DNA of 64,000 bases from Ranitomeya imitator (taxonomy: Eukaryota). The notes beneath the pieces were generated by a model. It made no database searches. It was not told where the DNA came from and worked only from the letters and a program-made list of their open reading frames with translations. Location of the stretch: NCBI RefSeq assembly GCF_032444005.1, contig NC_091285.1, forward strand, positions 228,346,001-228,410,000, given 5' to 3'. Numbering within the stretch: the stretch's first letter is position 1; each line of letters opens with the position of its first letter. Made by a program: the position numbers and the translations under genes. Positions 44,117 to 60,238 of this stretch are shown here, in pieces.

Positions 44117-45199
44117 CTGTACCAGTATCCTGTGAATCTTTTTGCCCAACTCTAGTTTAGTCCAATCATTTTGTATTGTGTTCCTGAGTTAGGATCTTGG
44201 GTACCATGCGTCTACGTATGTGCTGTGCATATTTACATACATCCACACAGAACTGTCTACAAATGACGTCAGTACACATCCATAAATATAAAATCAAAAC
44301 CTCCGTAGGTCCACCTTGCAAAGAGCAGTACGGCGATTTTCAAGACACTCATCAATCTCTGACCATTGAGGTTCACAATGTAAATTTTAAACTTACCTAT
44401 CAGTATGGATTTATTTTATAGTGATTGGTAATTTGAGCATCCAGAGAAAAGCCATTCACACATTGTCAGAATATACACTATGCAGAAGTTGCTCTTGGTC
44501 AGATTCAAATCCAAGACACTAGTCCTGCATCCCGATTAGTACTGACCACTGAACCACTGTGCTGTCCAGGAACATGTCAAAATGCTAAAACACAGTGTGA
44601 AGCCAGCTTTAGAGTGATCGAAACCCAAAGGCCCCAATTCTTCAAAGCGATTATGCCACAATTTTGGCGTAAATCACTTTAGAAAGTTGGAACATTTTGC
44701 ACTATTTTCATCTAATAGGTGAAGATGATGGGTGGAGGGACAGGGGCATGATGCCACAGTTTGTCATGAATTAGTCCCTTATACTAGAAATCTTATTCCA
44801 GGCTTTGACTAGAGTAAAATGTGTGGTGGGGTGCAACCAACTTTGTAGACATGCCCATTTCATAAAGAGGCACGTGCCGGTTAATAAATCCAGCACCACT
44901 GACTCCAGCGTACACCCTCATCAAGACTGGCGTGAGCAGCACCAGGTTTGATAAATCAGGGCCAAAATGTCTTCAGAACCAAAAGTAACGGTGATAAATA
45001 TCACATTATCAGACTGGCCTTAAAAGGTGTCATAATCATCTTTATTTGTGTAATAAAGTTCAGTAACTTTGTAATTTAATTTATATTTCAATAGCTCCTC
45101 ATTTTCATAATCTCTAGTGCGGGTTTGCTGCAATTGTATTCAGTCTAGTCGATTCTCTGTAATCTAATATCCACACTTCGGGCTTATACATCTTAGTTA

Positions 45200-45815
45200 G
45201 ACCATGTTCGCACTTTCAGAATTTATGTCAGTATTTTGAAACAAGATATGTAAGCCAAAATAAAGTAGGGGGAAAAATACAGAAGTGGTGACGTGTTTCA
45301 ATTAGGCTTTTCCTCTGATTGTTCCTCTCATGGTTTTTGCTTACACATACTGAGGTAAAATAGTGACCAAATACTGAACATATGAACATGGCCTTACACT
45401 GATACATAGGAAGAAATGATCAGAACAAGAGAGACTTGTAAGCCTAAACCAGGAGTGGGTGATAAATACAGAAGTTGAGCCGTGTTTCTATTATACTTTC
45501 CTCTGATTGTTCCTCTCATGGTTTTGGCTTACACATACTGAGGTAAAATAGTGACCAAATGCTGAACATGTGAATGTGGCCTTACACTGATACATAGAAA
45601 GAAATGATCAGAACAAGAGACAGACTTGCACTCCAAAACCAGGAGTGGGTGATAAATGCAGAAGCGGTGCATATTTTTCTATTATACTTTCCTCTGATTA
45701 TTCCTCCTGGTTTTGGCTTACACATACTGAGGTAAAATACTGACCAAATACTGAACATGTGAACGTGGCCATACACTGAAACATATAAGGGAATGATCAG
45801 GACAAGAGAGAGACC
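45200..45815. repeat. Tandem triplication (~188-bp period) of a Harbinger-type MITE end
   Basis: ...TGAAC(A/G)TGGCC termini at 45393, 45581 and 45770; a left TIR is present only at 45200. Confidence 0.7.
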
Positions 45816-46950
45816 TGTTCTGCTGATGCACTTACCAGATCTACGATACATACAATTGTAGCAAAAACCCCAACAAACCTTAGATGATGTAGGAAAGTTT
45901 TCAGCAACCGTCAACCGTCAGCAACTGGCACGAGAATGAAAACATGAGAATGGGGCAGAATGTCAATGAGTAAGCTTTATTCCCATAAAACTGGAAAACC
46001 CTCCATTATATTTATAGCCTGTTATTTCATTTAGACAGATAAATTATGGCTCTGCTGTATGGAGCCATATGGGACTTTGTTTGCCAATGTACAGTCTCTA
46101 TGTTTAGAAATAGGAGGAATCCTTGCATGTTATCCTGTCTATGTAGGTTCTCGGAATAAGACAGAATTACCATCTAATAGATGGCTTATGATAACATGTT
46201 TTTGAACAGGAGGAACAAATTTAGCAAATTTTCCTCGATTATTTTATTATAATAACACAAATTATAATATACAACGGTTGTCTCAGACTTCACAGAATGA
46301 CCCTCCCGTGTCAACAACCCCTATAAATATATAAACAATGTATGAAATAATAAAATAATGTCTAATAAAGTCCAACTTAAATCCTACTTTCTGTGGAACT
46401 ATATCTTAAAAACCCAAGGTTCATGATGTTAAGATTTTGACGCATAGAGGTGGGAGAGCTGGAAATAAATGTTCACAAATTCACATTCTTGGTACATATC
46501 CTCCAAATGCCTAAGTGCACTTGTCAGATAAATACGCAATATGCGGCATTGGATAAAACAGTTGCATTTCTATGGCTACTGAAACTATGGAAATTAACTT
46601 TTTTTTCTCTTTAATCCTCAGAGGACTGTTGTCACATGATGGAAACTCTACTGCCATTTCATTTTTGGCAAACTTTTCAAACGGCTATATTGATAGCTTT
46701 GAAGTTTCTTTGAGTATGTCATGTGAATAAGATATTTATGATTATTCAGAATAATTTGTCTTTCCAAGTTACATTCTCATTTAATTTTTGAAGCAGAAGA
46801 TGTGAGATTTGTTCTCTTGTCAAGAAAAAAAAAGTTTTATTAAAAAATATATTAAGTTAATTTTCCTTTAGGAACTGAGGTGATATGAGTAAAGAAGATG
46901 AATGGAAATATATGTGAAAATGGTAGATTAGATAATTAGCATAGGAATTA

Positions 46951-48582
<1,632 letters not shown>

Positions 48583-48699
48583 TAGATCCTCCACTTATAC
48601 TTTTACAGCCAAGTATCTACTCCTGTTACTGCTAAATCCTTGTCCTTTTTGAATCCTGTAGGATCAAATATTATTGCCATTATCTGGATACTTGTTGTT

Positions 48700-49789
48700 T
48701 TCAACAGCTGACATGTGCCCACAATAGGCGAGGGCGGAATCGCGATCCGCCCATGCCTATTAACTATTTAAATGCTGCTGTCGAACTCTGACAGCTGCAT
48801 TTAACATGCGCTTACAGCCATCAGGCTGGAAATACGAGCACCGCTGACCCCCCCAAGACCCCCATGAAGACCTCTATGGTTGTTGATGCCTTATTGGTAT
48901 GAGCACCACCCTATGGTCAGTGCTCATAGCAATGCAGTAATTCTGCTACATAGGGGCGATCTGAGCATCACCTTTATGTAGCAGAGGAAATCGAGTTGTG
49001 GCAGTTTCTAGCCTCCCATGGAGGCTATTGAAGCATGGAAAAATAAAAAAAAATGTTTTTAAAAATATGAAAAAAAAAATATGTAAAAGTTTAAATCACC
49101 CCCCTTTTGCGCCATTCAAAATGAAACAATAAAAATAAAATCAAACAAAGACATATTTGGTGTCAACACATTCAGAATCACCAGATCTATCAATAAAAAA
49201 AGGATTAACATGATCGCTTAACGGTGTAGTGAGAAAAAAATCAAAACACTAGAATTACGTTTTTTTGGTTGCTGCGATATTGCATTAAAATGCAATAACG
49301 GGCGATCAAAAGAACATATCTGCACAAACGTGGTATCATTAAAAATGTCAGCTCGGCAAACAAAAAATAAGCCCTCACCCAATCCAAGATCATGAAAAAT
49401 GACGCCACGGGTCTTGGAAAATTTGACATTTTTTTTCTCCACTTACATAAAAAAGAACCTAGACATGTTTGGTGTCAATGAACTTGTAATGACCTGGAAA
49501 ATCATGATGGCAGGTCAGTTTTAGCATTTAGTGAACCTAGCAAAAAGCCAAGCAAAAACCAAGTGTGGGATTGCACTTTTTTGCAATTTCACCGTACTTG
49601 GAATTTATTTCCCATTTTCGAGTACAAGATATGCTAAAACCAATGTTGTCATTCAAAAGTAGAGCTCGTCCCGCAAAAAATAAGCTCTTGCATAGCCATA
49701 TTGACGAAGAAATAAAAAGTAATGGCTCTGGGAAGGAGGGGAGCAAAAAACGAAAAAGCAAAAACAAAAAAACTCTGATCATGAAGGGG
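48700..49789. mobile_element. Truncated piggyBac-like non-autonomous element
   Basis: Ends GATCATGAAGGGG + TTAA (49790-49793); shares internal sequence, inverted, with 22230-22780 and 26800-27600. Left boundary approximate. Confidence 0.5.
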
Positions 49790-51327
49790 TTAAAAATGTT
49801 AATACATCTAAAATAAAGATTGAACCAACTTTCCAACAGGCCTTGGTTAAAAAAAAGTCCTATTATTTTGTTTCTACAGCCATTATTTTGTCCCCTGCAT
49901 GTTCCGTTTTTGGTATCAGAAAACAAATATATCTAACACCGATCACGAGAACTGGCTTCTAAATGTCAAGTTTGAACAAAGTTGTGGCCATGCAATCCAA
50001 CATCTTCTTCTTTCATTCTCTATGGGACTGCCAGAGTTGGCCAAATACAGCGCTCCGCTTTTTGTTGGCAGTCTGAGTATAAATAGAGTGTTGGTGAGCC
50101 TACCTGGCCTCTGCACCATTTAGTCCTGTTCTCATAAATCGGTGGAGATTCATTGGTCAAACTTCATGCAACCACCAAATTATCACCTAGCCTATGGATA
50201 GATGATAACTTCTAAATATGGGAGTAACCTTTAAATTAAGACTTTTGACAAACTTTTGAAAGTTTGACCTAGTCTTTACAAAAGATACAGTTCCTCACCT
50301 GGGATCTTTGAATATTTTCAAAATCTAAACCACTTAATCACTATATTGGCTTTATTTATATTTTACACAAGGCCTATAACATTTGTTGAGATCTATCTAT
50401 TTTCAAAATGATGAAGACCGCCCTCTATCTCTCGATCTAGCTCTGTATCCATATCTATGTGTACAGTACATATAGTGCATATACACATAACAGTATTTTC
50501 TAATTTAAGTTACCATTGTGACACATTTTGTAATAGTGTCATAAAAATTACATTTTACAAAAGATGGCTGAGGAAGTTAACGCAGATCTGTCAACAGATT
50601 TTGGCATATTATCAGATAGGTCTCCTAAACCAGGCTGGTGAGCTTGTTCACAAGTATAGGAGTTTAGTAAAATTCTGTTTTTCATTTCAGTCAGGAATAT
50701 TTTAGAAAAGAATTATACAGGTATTCTCCAATTCTGGCCAATAATTTTAACCCTTCAGTATTCAACCATAAAAACCTTGACTCTCGATCTTAAGGTCTAC
50801 TGTAATCTGGGAAAGTTTTGTGTGGTAACTTTCCTCATGCTGTGGGAACAATTCTGTATATTCCAGTTCTAGCAATGTACTTCAGAGAAGGGGGCTACAT
50901 TGAATAAAGCCATTATGCCTCACATAATGAGTTGTGAACGTGAAATAATCCTTCCAAACTAATATTACAGTCATTTTAATCTCATGCTTGGCTTTTCCCC
51001 AGCAGTTAATAAATATTCTGTACAGTCCATTTAAAAATTCCTTTTGAAAGTGAAGCAATGAATCGGGTGTTAAAATAACCAAGAAGATTACTTTCATATA
51101 CTAAAACCTTATATTCTAATATGTGTATATATGCCATCTATTTCTTTCATAGGTACCAACCACTATGGATGTTTAGAGAAAGTCGCCAGTGATGACGCAA
51201 ATATAAACTTAACTAATACTTAAAAGTAAACCTATTTTATAAGATCAACTTTGCTGTCAAGATCCAGTACTTGAGGACATTTGTCTTTCTATCTTGAGCC
51301 AATACAGAAACTGTATTATACCTTCAG

Positions 51328-51616
51328 ATGCCTAAGAACAGTAAGGTAGCTAAAAGAGAGCTGGACGATGATGTTGTGGATTCGGTTAAGGATCTGCTGT
51401 CCAATGAAGACTCATGCGACGAAAGCTTTAAGAAGAGTGAGCTGATGGTCCAGGATGAGTTGGACAAGCTTAGAGATATTGAGGATGGATCTGATATTGA
51501 TGATGAACGACCAGCCTGGAACAGCAAACTACAGTATATCCTCGCACAAGTTGGCTTTTCAGTTGGCTTGGGAAATGTTTGGAGATTCCCATACTTGTGC
51601 CAGAAGAATGGAGGCG
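51328..51616 (+). CDS. SLC6A15: SLC6A15 (B0AT2, Na+-dependent neutral amino-acid transporter), first coding exon
   Basis: [16 protein letters not shown]...[37 protein letters not shown]; GT donor at 51617; 289 nt, phase 1. Confidence 0.96.
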
Positions 51617-51989
51617 GTAAGAAATAAATATGCTCTATTATGATAAATTAACAAATAATGGTTGTATATTATTAACAGCATAAAAATCAAATTAGTGCAA
51701 CTTATCATTAGTTTTGGAAGAAGAAAAGAACAGAATACAAAATTTAGAGAATGATATGACAGTGACAGGTGTTACCCAATAATACAAATCTGGTGTTTGG
51801 TAAAGTACCTCTGTAAATCTTCTACTTTATTCAGTACTATGCCATGCTTCTACCTCACTCAGGAGGGGTCTCCATAAAATAGTCTGAACTACGAAAAATT
51901 TGAGTCAGCGCTATGCAAAGGATCTGGGAATATTTAGCTTGCAAAAAAGAATGCTAAGAGGAGCCATAATAGCTGTCTATTAATATCTG

Positions 51990-52300
51990 AAGGGATGTCA
52001 TAGTGTAGAGGGGTCATCATTATTCTCTTTTGGACATGGATACATGAGAAGCAATGAAATGAAAATGAAAGGTAGAAGATATAGGTTAGATATTAAAAAA
52101 AACTTTTCAACAGATAGGGTGATCAATGAGAGGAACAGGTTGCCACGAGAGATGGCGAGGTCTTCTTTAATGGAAGTCTTCAAACAGAGGCTGGACAGAC
52201 ATCTGTCTGAGATGGTTTACTGAATCCTGCAATGAGCAGGGGGTTGGAAGCAATGACCGCGGAGGTCCCTTCCAACTCTAACATTTTATTATTCTATGAA
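51990..52300 (+). mobile_element. CR1 LINE 3' end
   Basis: End of RT plus the typical tail GAGGTCCCTTCCAACTCTAACATT...ATTCTATGA. Confidence 0.75.
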
Positions 52301-53238
52301 ATGGGCTAAAATAACAGGTATAAAAAATGCTGTTTTATTTTAACTTCTGGAATCTCTTTCTGGTTTTGGTGGAGAACTGATCTCCTGCAGGTTATCCTGA
52401 CATGACTGTAAGATATTTCTCTTGTAGTCTTTACGAACCTGTTACTTCTGAGATTTAGCATACCAATAAAAGCTTTTCACAATTTCCTGATTTAGTTGCC
52501 CCTTTCCATGAAGATTTAAGGGGTTGTCTGTGAAATTATTTTTGCTGACATATGTGTAGGGTAGATCATATGAATCAGATGGCTGGGGGTCAGATTCCTG
52601 GTACCACTACAAATCAGATGATTAAAGGGGTCGCGGTGCATCAGAAGGGTCACTGCTCAGTACAATATGGAGTTGCTGCCAATGGTACAACAAGCTTTAC
52701 AAATTAACAGAAAGCTACTACAACACCTCATGCACACTCTCATATAAAAGGGAACCTATCACCGGATTTCTGCTGCCCAAACCATGAGCAGCATGAATAA
52801 GAGAGCAAGATCATTTTTGCACTTGTATAAGTTTGACTCTCTAAAGCTGCATCCAGTCTGGGGTTATCTGACTAGGATGACTAGTCCAAGAGACAGGTCC
52901 ATGGTGGCTTCTCTCTGCCCTGTACCCTTAGACTGACAGGACTCTCACTGTACACACATGTGTGTTTTCCCTGAAATGCCGCATCGTTTGAAATTGTAAC
53001 ATACATGGCTTTAATAACTGAGCCAGTCTCTGATTAACGTTGTCCATATTTCGGGCAGCATGAATCAGCTGAGAGATTCCCTTTCAGGCTCCAGACCTAT
53101 TTGTTTTACAGTCTGTTTTCTTATGGACTATATTTGTATGTACATATGCTAAAATGACAAAGATCTGTATTCTGGTTCATTATCTCTACCATGTAGTAGG
53201 ATTAAATATCCTTAATTTTACTTTTATATTCCTTCCAG

Positions 53239-53396
53239 GGGCTTACCTGGTGCCATATTTAATACTTCTATTAGTTATTGGAATTCCACTTTTCTTCCTG
53301 GAGCTTTCTGTGGGCCAGAGAATACGTAGAGGAAGTATTGGGGTCTGGAATTATATCAGCCCTAAAATGGGTGGAATCGGATTTTCCAGCTGTATT
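53239..53396 (+). CDS. SLC6A15: SLC6A15 second coding exon
   Basis: ccttccAG acceptor; (G)[52 protein letters not shown]; GTAAGT donor; 158 nt. Confidence 0.96.
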
Positions 53397-53883
53397 GTAA
53401 GTATTCATGTTAGTGTTAACTTTGCCAAACTCACACTCACTCAGGTCGTCATTTTCACTCAGTGAGCAGAAACATGAAATAATGGTGTCAAAGAAAAGTG
53501 GCAACACGAATGTAGAACCGAGTCATCAGGAGGGTAAATTAGATGAGCTTATTCTTCAGATGCTGGAGGGAGAGGAAGATGACAAGCCACTCTGCCCTGG
53601 TCATGGTAATTACTGTAAGTACAGTGAGGAAAATAAGTATTTGATGCACTGTTCATTTTGCAAGTTTTCCCACCTACAAAGAATGGAGAGATCTGTGATT
53701 TTATATATATTATTAGAAAATGGAAGTAACGCAAGATTACTTCCTTGGTCTGGCGCTCCATGCAAGATCTCACCTTGGTGGGGTAATGATGATTCTGAGA
53801 AAGGTCAAAAATCAGCCCAGAACTATATGGGAGGACCTAATAAATGATGTGAAGTGAGTTGGGACTATAGTCTCAAACATTAC

Positions 53884-54817
53884 CATTAGTAACACACTAT
53901 GCTGTGATTAAAATCTTGCAGGGCCTGCAAGGTCCCCCTGCTCCCACCAGCACATGTCCAGGTCCGTTTGAAGTTTGCCAATGACCATCTGGATGATCCA
54001 GAGGAGACATGTGGGAAGGTAATGTGGTCAGATGAGACCAAAATAGAACTTTTGGTGTCAACTTCACTCACTATGTTTGGAGGAAGAAGAAGGATGAGTA
54101 CAACCCTAAGAATACCATCCCAATCGTGAAGCATGGTAGGGGAAACATTATACTTTGGGGGTGCTTTTCTGCAAAGGGGACAGGAAGACTGCACCATAGT
54201 GAAGGAAGTATGTATGGGGTCATGTATTGTGAGATTTTTGCCAGCAATCTCCTTACCTCAGTAAGAGCACTGAAGATAGGTCTTAACTGGGTCTTCCAGT
54301 GACCCGAAACACACAGCCAGGGCAACTAAGGAGTGGCTCCAGTAGAAACATTTCAAGATCCCGGAGTGGCCTAGCCAGTCTCCAGATCTGAACCCAAAAG
54401 AAAATCTTTGGAGGGAGCTGAAACTCAGTGTTGTCCAGCGACAGCCCCGAAACCTGAAAGATCTGGAGAAGATCTGTATGGAGGAGTGGGCCAAAATCTC
54501 TGCTGCAGTGTGTGCAAACTTCGTCAAGAACGGCAGGAAATGTCTGATCTCTGTAATTGCAAACAAAGATTTCTGTGCAAATTTTAAGTTCTGTTTTCTA
54601 TTGTATAAAACATTGATTTATTTTTAATTTTACATTCAATAAAATGCAAATTAATTACATTAAAATTGCACAATGTGATTTTCTCGAATTTTTCTTTAAG
54701 CATTTTGTCTCTCACAGTTGAAATGTACCTACGATAAAAATTACAGCCCTCTCCATTCTTTGTAGGTGGGAAAGCTTGCAAAATTGGCAGTGTATCAAAT
54801 ACTTTTTTTCCCCACTG
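53884..54817 (+). mobile_element. 5'-truncated, decayed Tc1 (intronic)
   Basis: Degenerate WSDETK and SQSPDLNP coding sequence; right TIR ...CCCCACTG + TA. Confidence 0.8.
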
Positions 54818-54991
54818 TATAGGTTTGGGCAACAAACCAAATTATAGCTCGGGTGAAACAAGCCTAGCTATGACTCTGCAGCATATAATAAATTCTAACT
54901 GAAAACCTAAAGAGCAAAAGAAGATTCTTTACTTCTACAATATTCTGGTATGTGAATCAGCAATATCAGTAGATAATGGAGAGGTCATGAA

Positions 54992-55482
54992 TAGGGTTGA
55001 GCGACCTTGACTTTTTTAGGGTCGAGCCGGGTTTCGCGAAACCCGACTATCTCAAAAGTCGAGTCGAGTGAAATCGGCCGATTATGGCGAAAAGTCGAGG
55101 ATCGACCGAAACACGAAACCCAATGCAAAGCCAATGGGAATTTTTTATTTATTTATTTTTTTCTCTCTCTCTCTCTCTCTCCCCCCTCCGTCCGTCCCTG
55201 AACTGAAAAGCTGGTGTTACACAGTGCAAATCGCTACAGCGCACAAGCGACAACATGGCGATAGGCGTCCACGCCCCTAAGACCTATGTCATCACTCTGC
55301 CCACGCCCCTTCATTGGCTGAAAAAAATGGCGCCAAGCGCGTCATACGAAACGCGACTTTGGCGCGAAAGTCGCGTACCGCATGGCCGACCCCACACAGG
55401 GATCGGGTCGGGTTTCATGAAACCCGACTTTGCCAAAAGTCGGCGACTTTTGAAAATGAACGATCCGTTTCGCTCAACCCTA
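54992..55482. mobile_element. hAT MITE (intronic)
   Basis: TIR TAGGGTTGAGCGA / TCGCTCAACCCTA with an 8-bp TSD GTCATGAA. Confidence 0.92.
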
Positions 55483-56775
55483 GTCATGAAGCTAATCCTT
55501 TGATTAAAGGGCCTAGCAATCAGTAAACAGACAGATAAAGGGTGATCAGCTAAGGGTCATGCATCTAAAAAGGTCCTGCATCCTGTGATTTCAATAGAGT
55601 GATTGTGAAGCATTCCTGAGTCATAACCTCTAAGAACCTGGGAGTTCCAGCAGGTGTCCAGCAGCAAGGATGCCATTGTTCAGAGTATTCATAAAAGGGT
55701 ACTTTAAGTCCATTACTATTATTATTAGTATTATTACACTGGGGAACAAGTTGAAAAAAATTTTCTGTTGAGTTAGGTTTTTGAGCTGATTTATACTAAA
55801 ATTGGCATGCTGATTCCAAAAAGGTAGTCAGTTTTTTTCTAGCACGTCAAGTTTTTCCTCCACAACTTACCTGCCAGAGAAGCACAATTGCACTGATATC
55901 TGTAATAAGACTTGTTATCTGATTACAATTCGACTCATATAGAGCTACGTGGCAACTTGTAAGAGTAGTCACAACTGAGACAGTGTGGTGAGAGGTGTGT
56001 GCAGCTCCCAATACGTCATAATTATCAATATCTTTACACAAAAATTTTATCATAGTAGGAATAAATAGGATTTGTGATAGCTTTTCTCTTTACATTGGGC
56101 GCTTAGTTGTAATTTATATATCTTTTATGATTTTTATCTTTGTTAGTTTTCAAAGCTTGTAACTTTCCATCTCAGTGTTTTATTTACATATGTACATATT
56201 TCCTTTGTTTCAGATCATGTCTGCTCCTTCTTCCTCTCGTCGTAAATGCCTATTTGTACTATTTAAAAAAAAAAAACACTTTTTAGGTACAGTAGTTTAC
56301 ATATTTTTGAGAAGACAAAAATCCTATAGTTCAAAAACTTGACATGCTAGAGAAAAACTGAGATCATTTCTGGATTCAGCATCCAAAAATTAGTTAAGAA
56401 CAGTTGTCTGACCTAACTCCTAAAAAATTGTGTTCTCCAGTGTTATTTATTATTATAGTGTCATTTATTCCATGGCACTTTACATGTGAGGAGGGGTATA
56501 CATAATTAAAAACAAGTACAATAATCTTAAACTAAACAAGTCACAATGGTACAGAAGGAGAGAGGACCCTGCCCGCGAGGGCTCACAAACTACAAGTCCA
56601 TTATTTGATACTCTTCCCTTTTATGTCAGGCAACAGTATTTGTGTATTAATATTCCAAGGTTTGTTCACCTGAACAGTACAGCAGGTTTCCCTCATAAAC
56701 GTCATAGTATGAATCTACTTTTTATTTACAGATTTTATGTACTCATATAGAACCATTAATTTCCACAGAGCTAGA

Positions 56776-58393
56776 CACTACCGTTCAAAAGTTTACGGTC
56801 ACCCAGACAATTTTGTGTTTTCCATGAAAAATCATACTTTTATTAATCAAATGAGTTGCCAAATGAATTGAAAATCTAGTCCAGACATTGACAAGGTTTG
56901 AAAAAAGAGATTTTTATTTGAAATAATAATTTTCTCCTTCATACTTTGCTTTCGTCAAAGAATGCTGCCTTTGCAGCAATTACAGTATTGCAGACCTTGG
57001 GCATTCTAGCAGTTAATTTGCTGAGGTAATCTGGAGGAATGTCACCCCATGCTTCCAGAAGCCCCTCCCACAAGTTGGTTTGGCTTGATGGGCACTTTTT
57101 GCGCACCATATGGTCAAGCTGCTCCCACAACAGTTCAATGGAGTTGAGATCTGGTGACTGCGCTGGCCACTACATTACAGATAGTATACCAGCTGCCTGC
57201 ATCTTCCCTAAATAGTTCTTGCATAATTTGGAGGTGTGCTTTGGGTCATTGTCCTGTTGTAGGATGAAATTGGTTCCAATCAAGTGCTGTCCACAGGGTA
57301 TGGCATGGCGTTGCAAAATGGAGTGATAGCCTTCCTTATTCAATATCCCTTTTACCTTTTACAAATCTCCCACTTTACCAGCACCAAAGCAACCCCAGAC
57401 CATAACATTACCTCCACCATGCTTGACAGATGGCGTCAGACACTCTTCCAGCATTTTTTCAGTTGTTCTGCGTCTCACAAATGTTCTTCTGTCTCATCCA
57501 AACACATCAAACTTGTATTTTTCTGTCCATAACACTTTTTTCCAATCTTTCTTTGTCCAATGTCTGTGTTCTTTTATCCATATTAATCTTTTCCTTTTAT
57601 TAGCCAGTCTCAGATATGGCTTTTTCTTTGCCACTCTGTCCTGAAGGCCAGCATCCCGGAGTCGCCTCTTCACTGTAGACTTTGACACTGGTGTTTTTCA
57701 TGTACTATTTAATGAAGCTGCCAGTTGAGGACCTGTGAGGCATCGATTTCTCAAACTACAGACTCTAATGTACTTGTGTTGTTGCTCAGTTGTGCAGCAG
57801 GGCCTCCCACTTCTCTTTCTGCTCTGGTTAGAGCCTGTTTGTGCTCTCCTCTGAAGGGAGTAGTACACATCATTGTAGGAAATCTTCAGTTTCTTGGCAA
57901 TTTCTCGCATGGAATAGCCTTCATTTCTAAGAACAAGAATAGAATGTCGATTTTCACGTGAAAGTTCTTTTTTTTTGGCTATTTTGAGAGTTTAATGGAA
58001 CCAACAAATGTAATGTTCCAGTTTCTCAACTAGCTCAAAGAAAGGTCAGGTTTGTAGGTTCTCTAATCAGCCAAACTGTTTTCAGCTGTGCTAACATATT
58101 TGCACAAGGGTTTTCCAGGGTATTCTAACCATCCATTAGTCTTCTTACACCGTTAGCAAACACAAAGTACCATAAGAACACTGGAGTGATAGTTGTTGGA
58201 AATGGACCTCTATACACCTATGAAGATATTGCATTCCAAACCAGACGTTTGCAGATAGAATAGTCATTTACCACATTAACAATCTATAGAGTGTGTTTCT
58301 GAATCATTTAATGTTAGCTTCATTGGGAAACCGGTGCTTTTCTTTAAAAAATAAGGAAATTTCTAAGTGACCCTAAACTTTTGCACGGTAGTG
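56776..58393 (-). mobile_element. Decayed Tc1 (third family, intronic, antisense)
   Basis: CACTACCGT...AAAAGTTT termini; minus-strand transposase fragments at 57910-56939. Confidence 0.85.
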
Positions 58394-58661
58394 TATATCA
58401 CCACGTTTTACTTAAAATCATACCAATGTGGGTTCCCACTAGAAGAACTGGATTGCTGGCATAGTTTAAAAATGGCATAATAATTAGGACATACCATACA
58501 TTTAAGTTTTATTGTTATCAATGTGTTATCTACCAAGAAAAATTGTCCTGCTACACATATGATTGGGATTTATGCTGAAAAATATAAATGTAGTAATGAA
58601 TAATGAGATGTGCATGCATCATTCTCATAGAAAGTTTGAATTTCAGGCTTGTTTTTCTTAA

Positions 58662-59091
58662 AGGGATTGTCCACAACTAGAACAACTAGTTCCTAAACTA
58701 AATGTTGGCCCCAATAAAATTTTAAAGCCCTTACTCACCTCCCATGCCGGCACTTGCACTCTCCGGGGCTGTGACGGTGTGTTGTGACACGTGACGCTGG
58801 CGCCCAATTTGTGTTGGCGTCACGTGTGAACTGAACATGAAGAGGAAGCCGGGGCTGCAGCACATGCTGGACTCCCTCTTCATGTTCAGTTTCTCCAAAG
58901 GTGGAGACAGTGACACCAGCACTGATTGGGAGACGGGCATCATGTGTCATTCCATTGCATCACAGCCCCAGGATCGCGAGTGCTGACAGCACTGGAACAG
59001 TGCCGGCACAGGAGGAGAGTATAGGCTTTATTATTTTATCAGGCCAAACAGTAAGTTTAAGAAGGGATTATCCTAGTAGTGGAAAACCCCT
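58662..59091. mobile_element. T2/Kolobok-type MITE
   Basis: TTAA-AGGGATTGTCCAC ... GTGGAAAACCCCT-TTAA. Confidence 0.75.
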
Positions 59092-59854
59092 TTAAGTGAA
59101 ATAAGTTTATCCACTTTGAAATATTTTTAGCTCAAAGACTCAGTTATGTATAAAATAACAAACAGATCTATACTTAGCCTTCCTCAGTCCAGTGAGATGG
59201 CTCTGCCATTGGCCCAGTATCTGTTTGGCTGCAGCGGTGACATCACTTCGATAATACTGCAACAAATCACTGATATCAGCAGCTCCTGCCATCTAAATCA
59301 CGCAAAATTGGCTGCAGCTCTATTGGTAGGATGTTACCACTGTAGCCAATCCACAGGGGTCGGATGAAAGGCGGATATACCTCGCTGGACTTGGCAAAGG
59401 GAAAGTCTAACTTATTTTCTACATACCTGAGCTGATAGCTAAGTATAACTGATTGGAGACAATCCCTTTAATGACATAAGTTAGGATGTCTAATTGTCCA
59501 CTTCAATGTCATGCACTTCAAATATTGCATTGCGACTACTGATGCATGCAGTCATGCTGATGGCCATTTGTTGTTACACAGTCATGTGAGTTTGCACCTT
59601 TACTAAAGGGGTCCTCTGGTTTAGAAAACCCATAGTTGTATGCCCTAATAATGAATTATGGGTTAATGGAGGGTTCATTGTTCAGAATCCTGATCTTTGG
59701 TCCGGAGGGCAGAGTGGATATAAAGAGCATCGCTCGTTCAGGAGGATACTTGGGATCAGCTTGTTATCAATGGCTAATAGTCAGTAGATAAGTATTCGGA
59801 AGAGAAAACATTTTCTCCACTATTTATATTCTATCCCCCTATAGTCTTAGGTTA

Positions 59855-60238
59855 GGGTGACAGGACCATATTTTCCCTCATCCTTGAGAATCGGGCCGAT
59901 GCTAATCACACCATGATTTCGAGTATGAGCAGAGTGTGATCTGATTCTCTCGGATGATGAGAAGATAGAATAGAGAAGATGGAGAATGTTTTTTCCCGTC
60001 AGTGTGTGAACATCAGACTGCACTCAGATGTCACCCACATGCAGGAGATATTTTCCAGAGAATTATTGACGTGCATAACTGAGTTTGATCCAAATATGGA
60101 ATGCAAATTTGTCATCGGGCGGACTTGTATCGAGGAAGAAATCAGACATGTGTATGGTGCCATAGACTAAGATTGGTCAGAGTGCGATGTTTTGTCGGAG
60201 CGCACTCGGACCAAAAATATGATCATCTGCACGAACCC
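59855..60238. mobile_element. Degenerate Harbinger-type MITE
   Basis: TTA on both sides and imperfect GGGT...CATA TIRs. Confidence 0.5.

Noticed and set aside
53407-53847. 146-aa ORF just after the second SLC6A15 coding exon
   Set aside because: Intronic, with no recognisable motif or SLC6 similarity; the exon closes at a canonical GTAAGT at 53397.
55340-55380. CGAAACGCG in the hAT MITE and GAAACGTT at ~61247-61256 as hammerheads
   Set aside because: No CTGANGA-like core or closing stems at the required positions.
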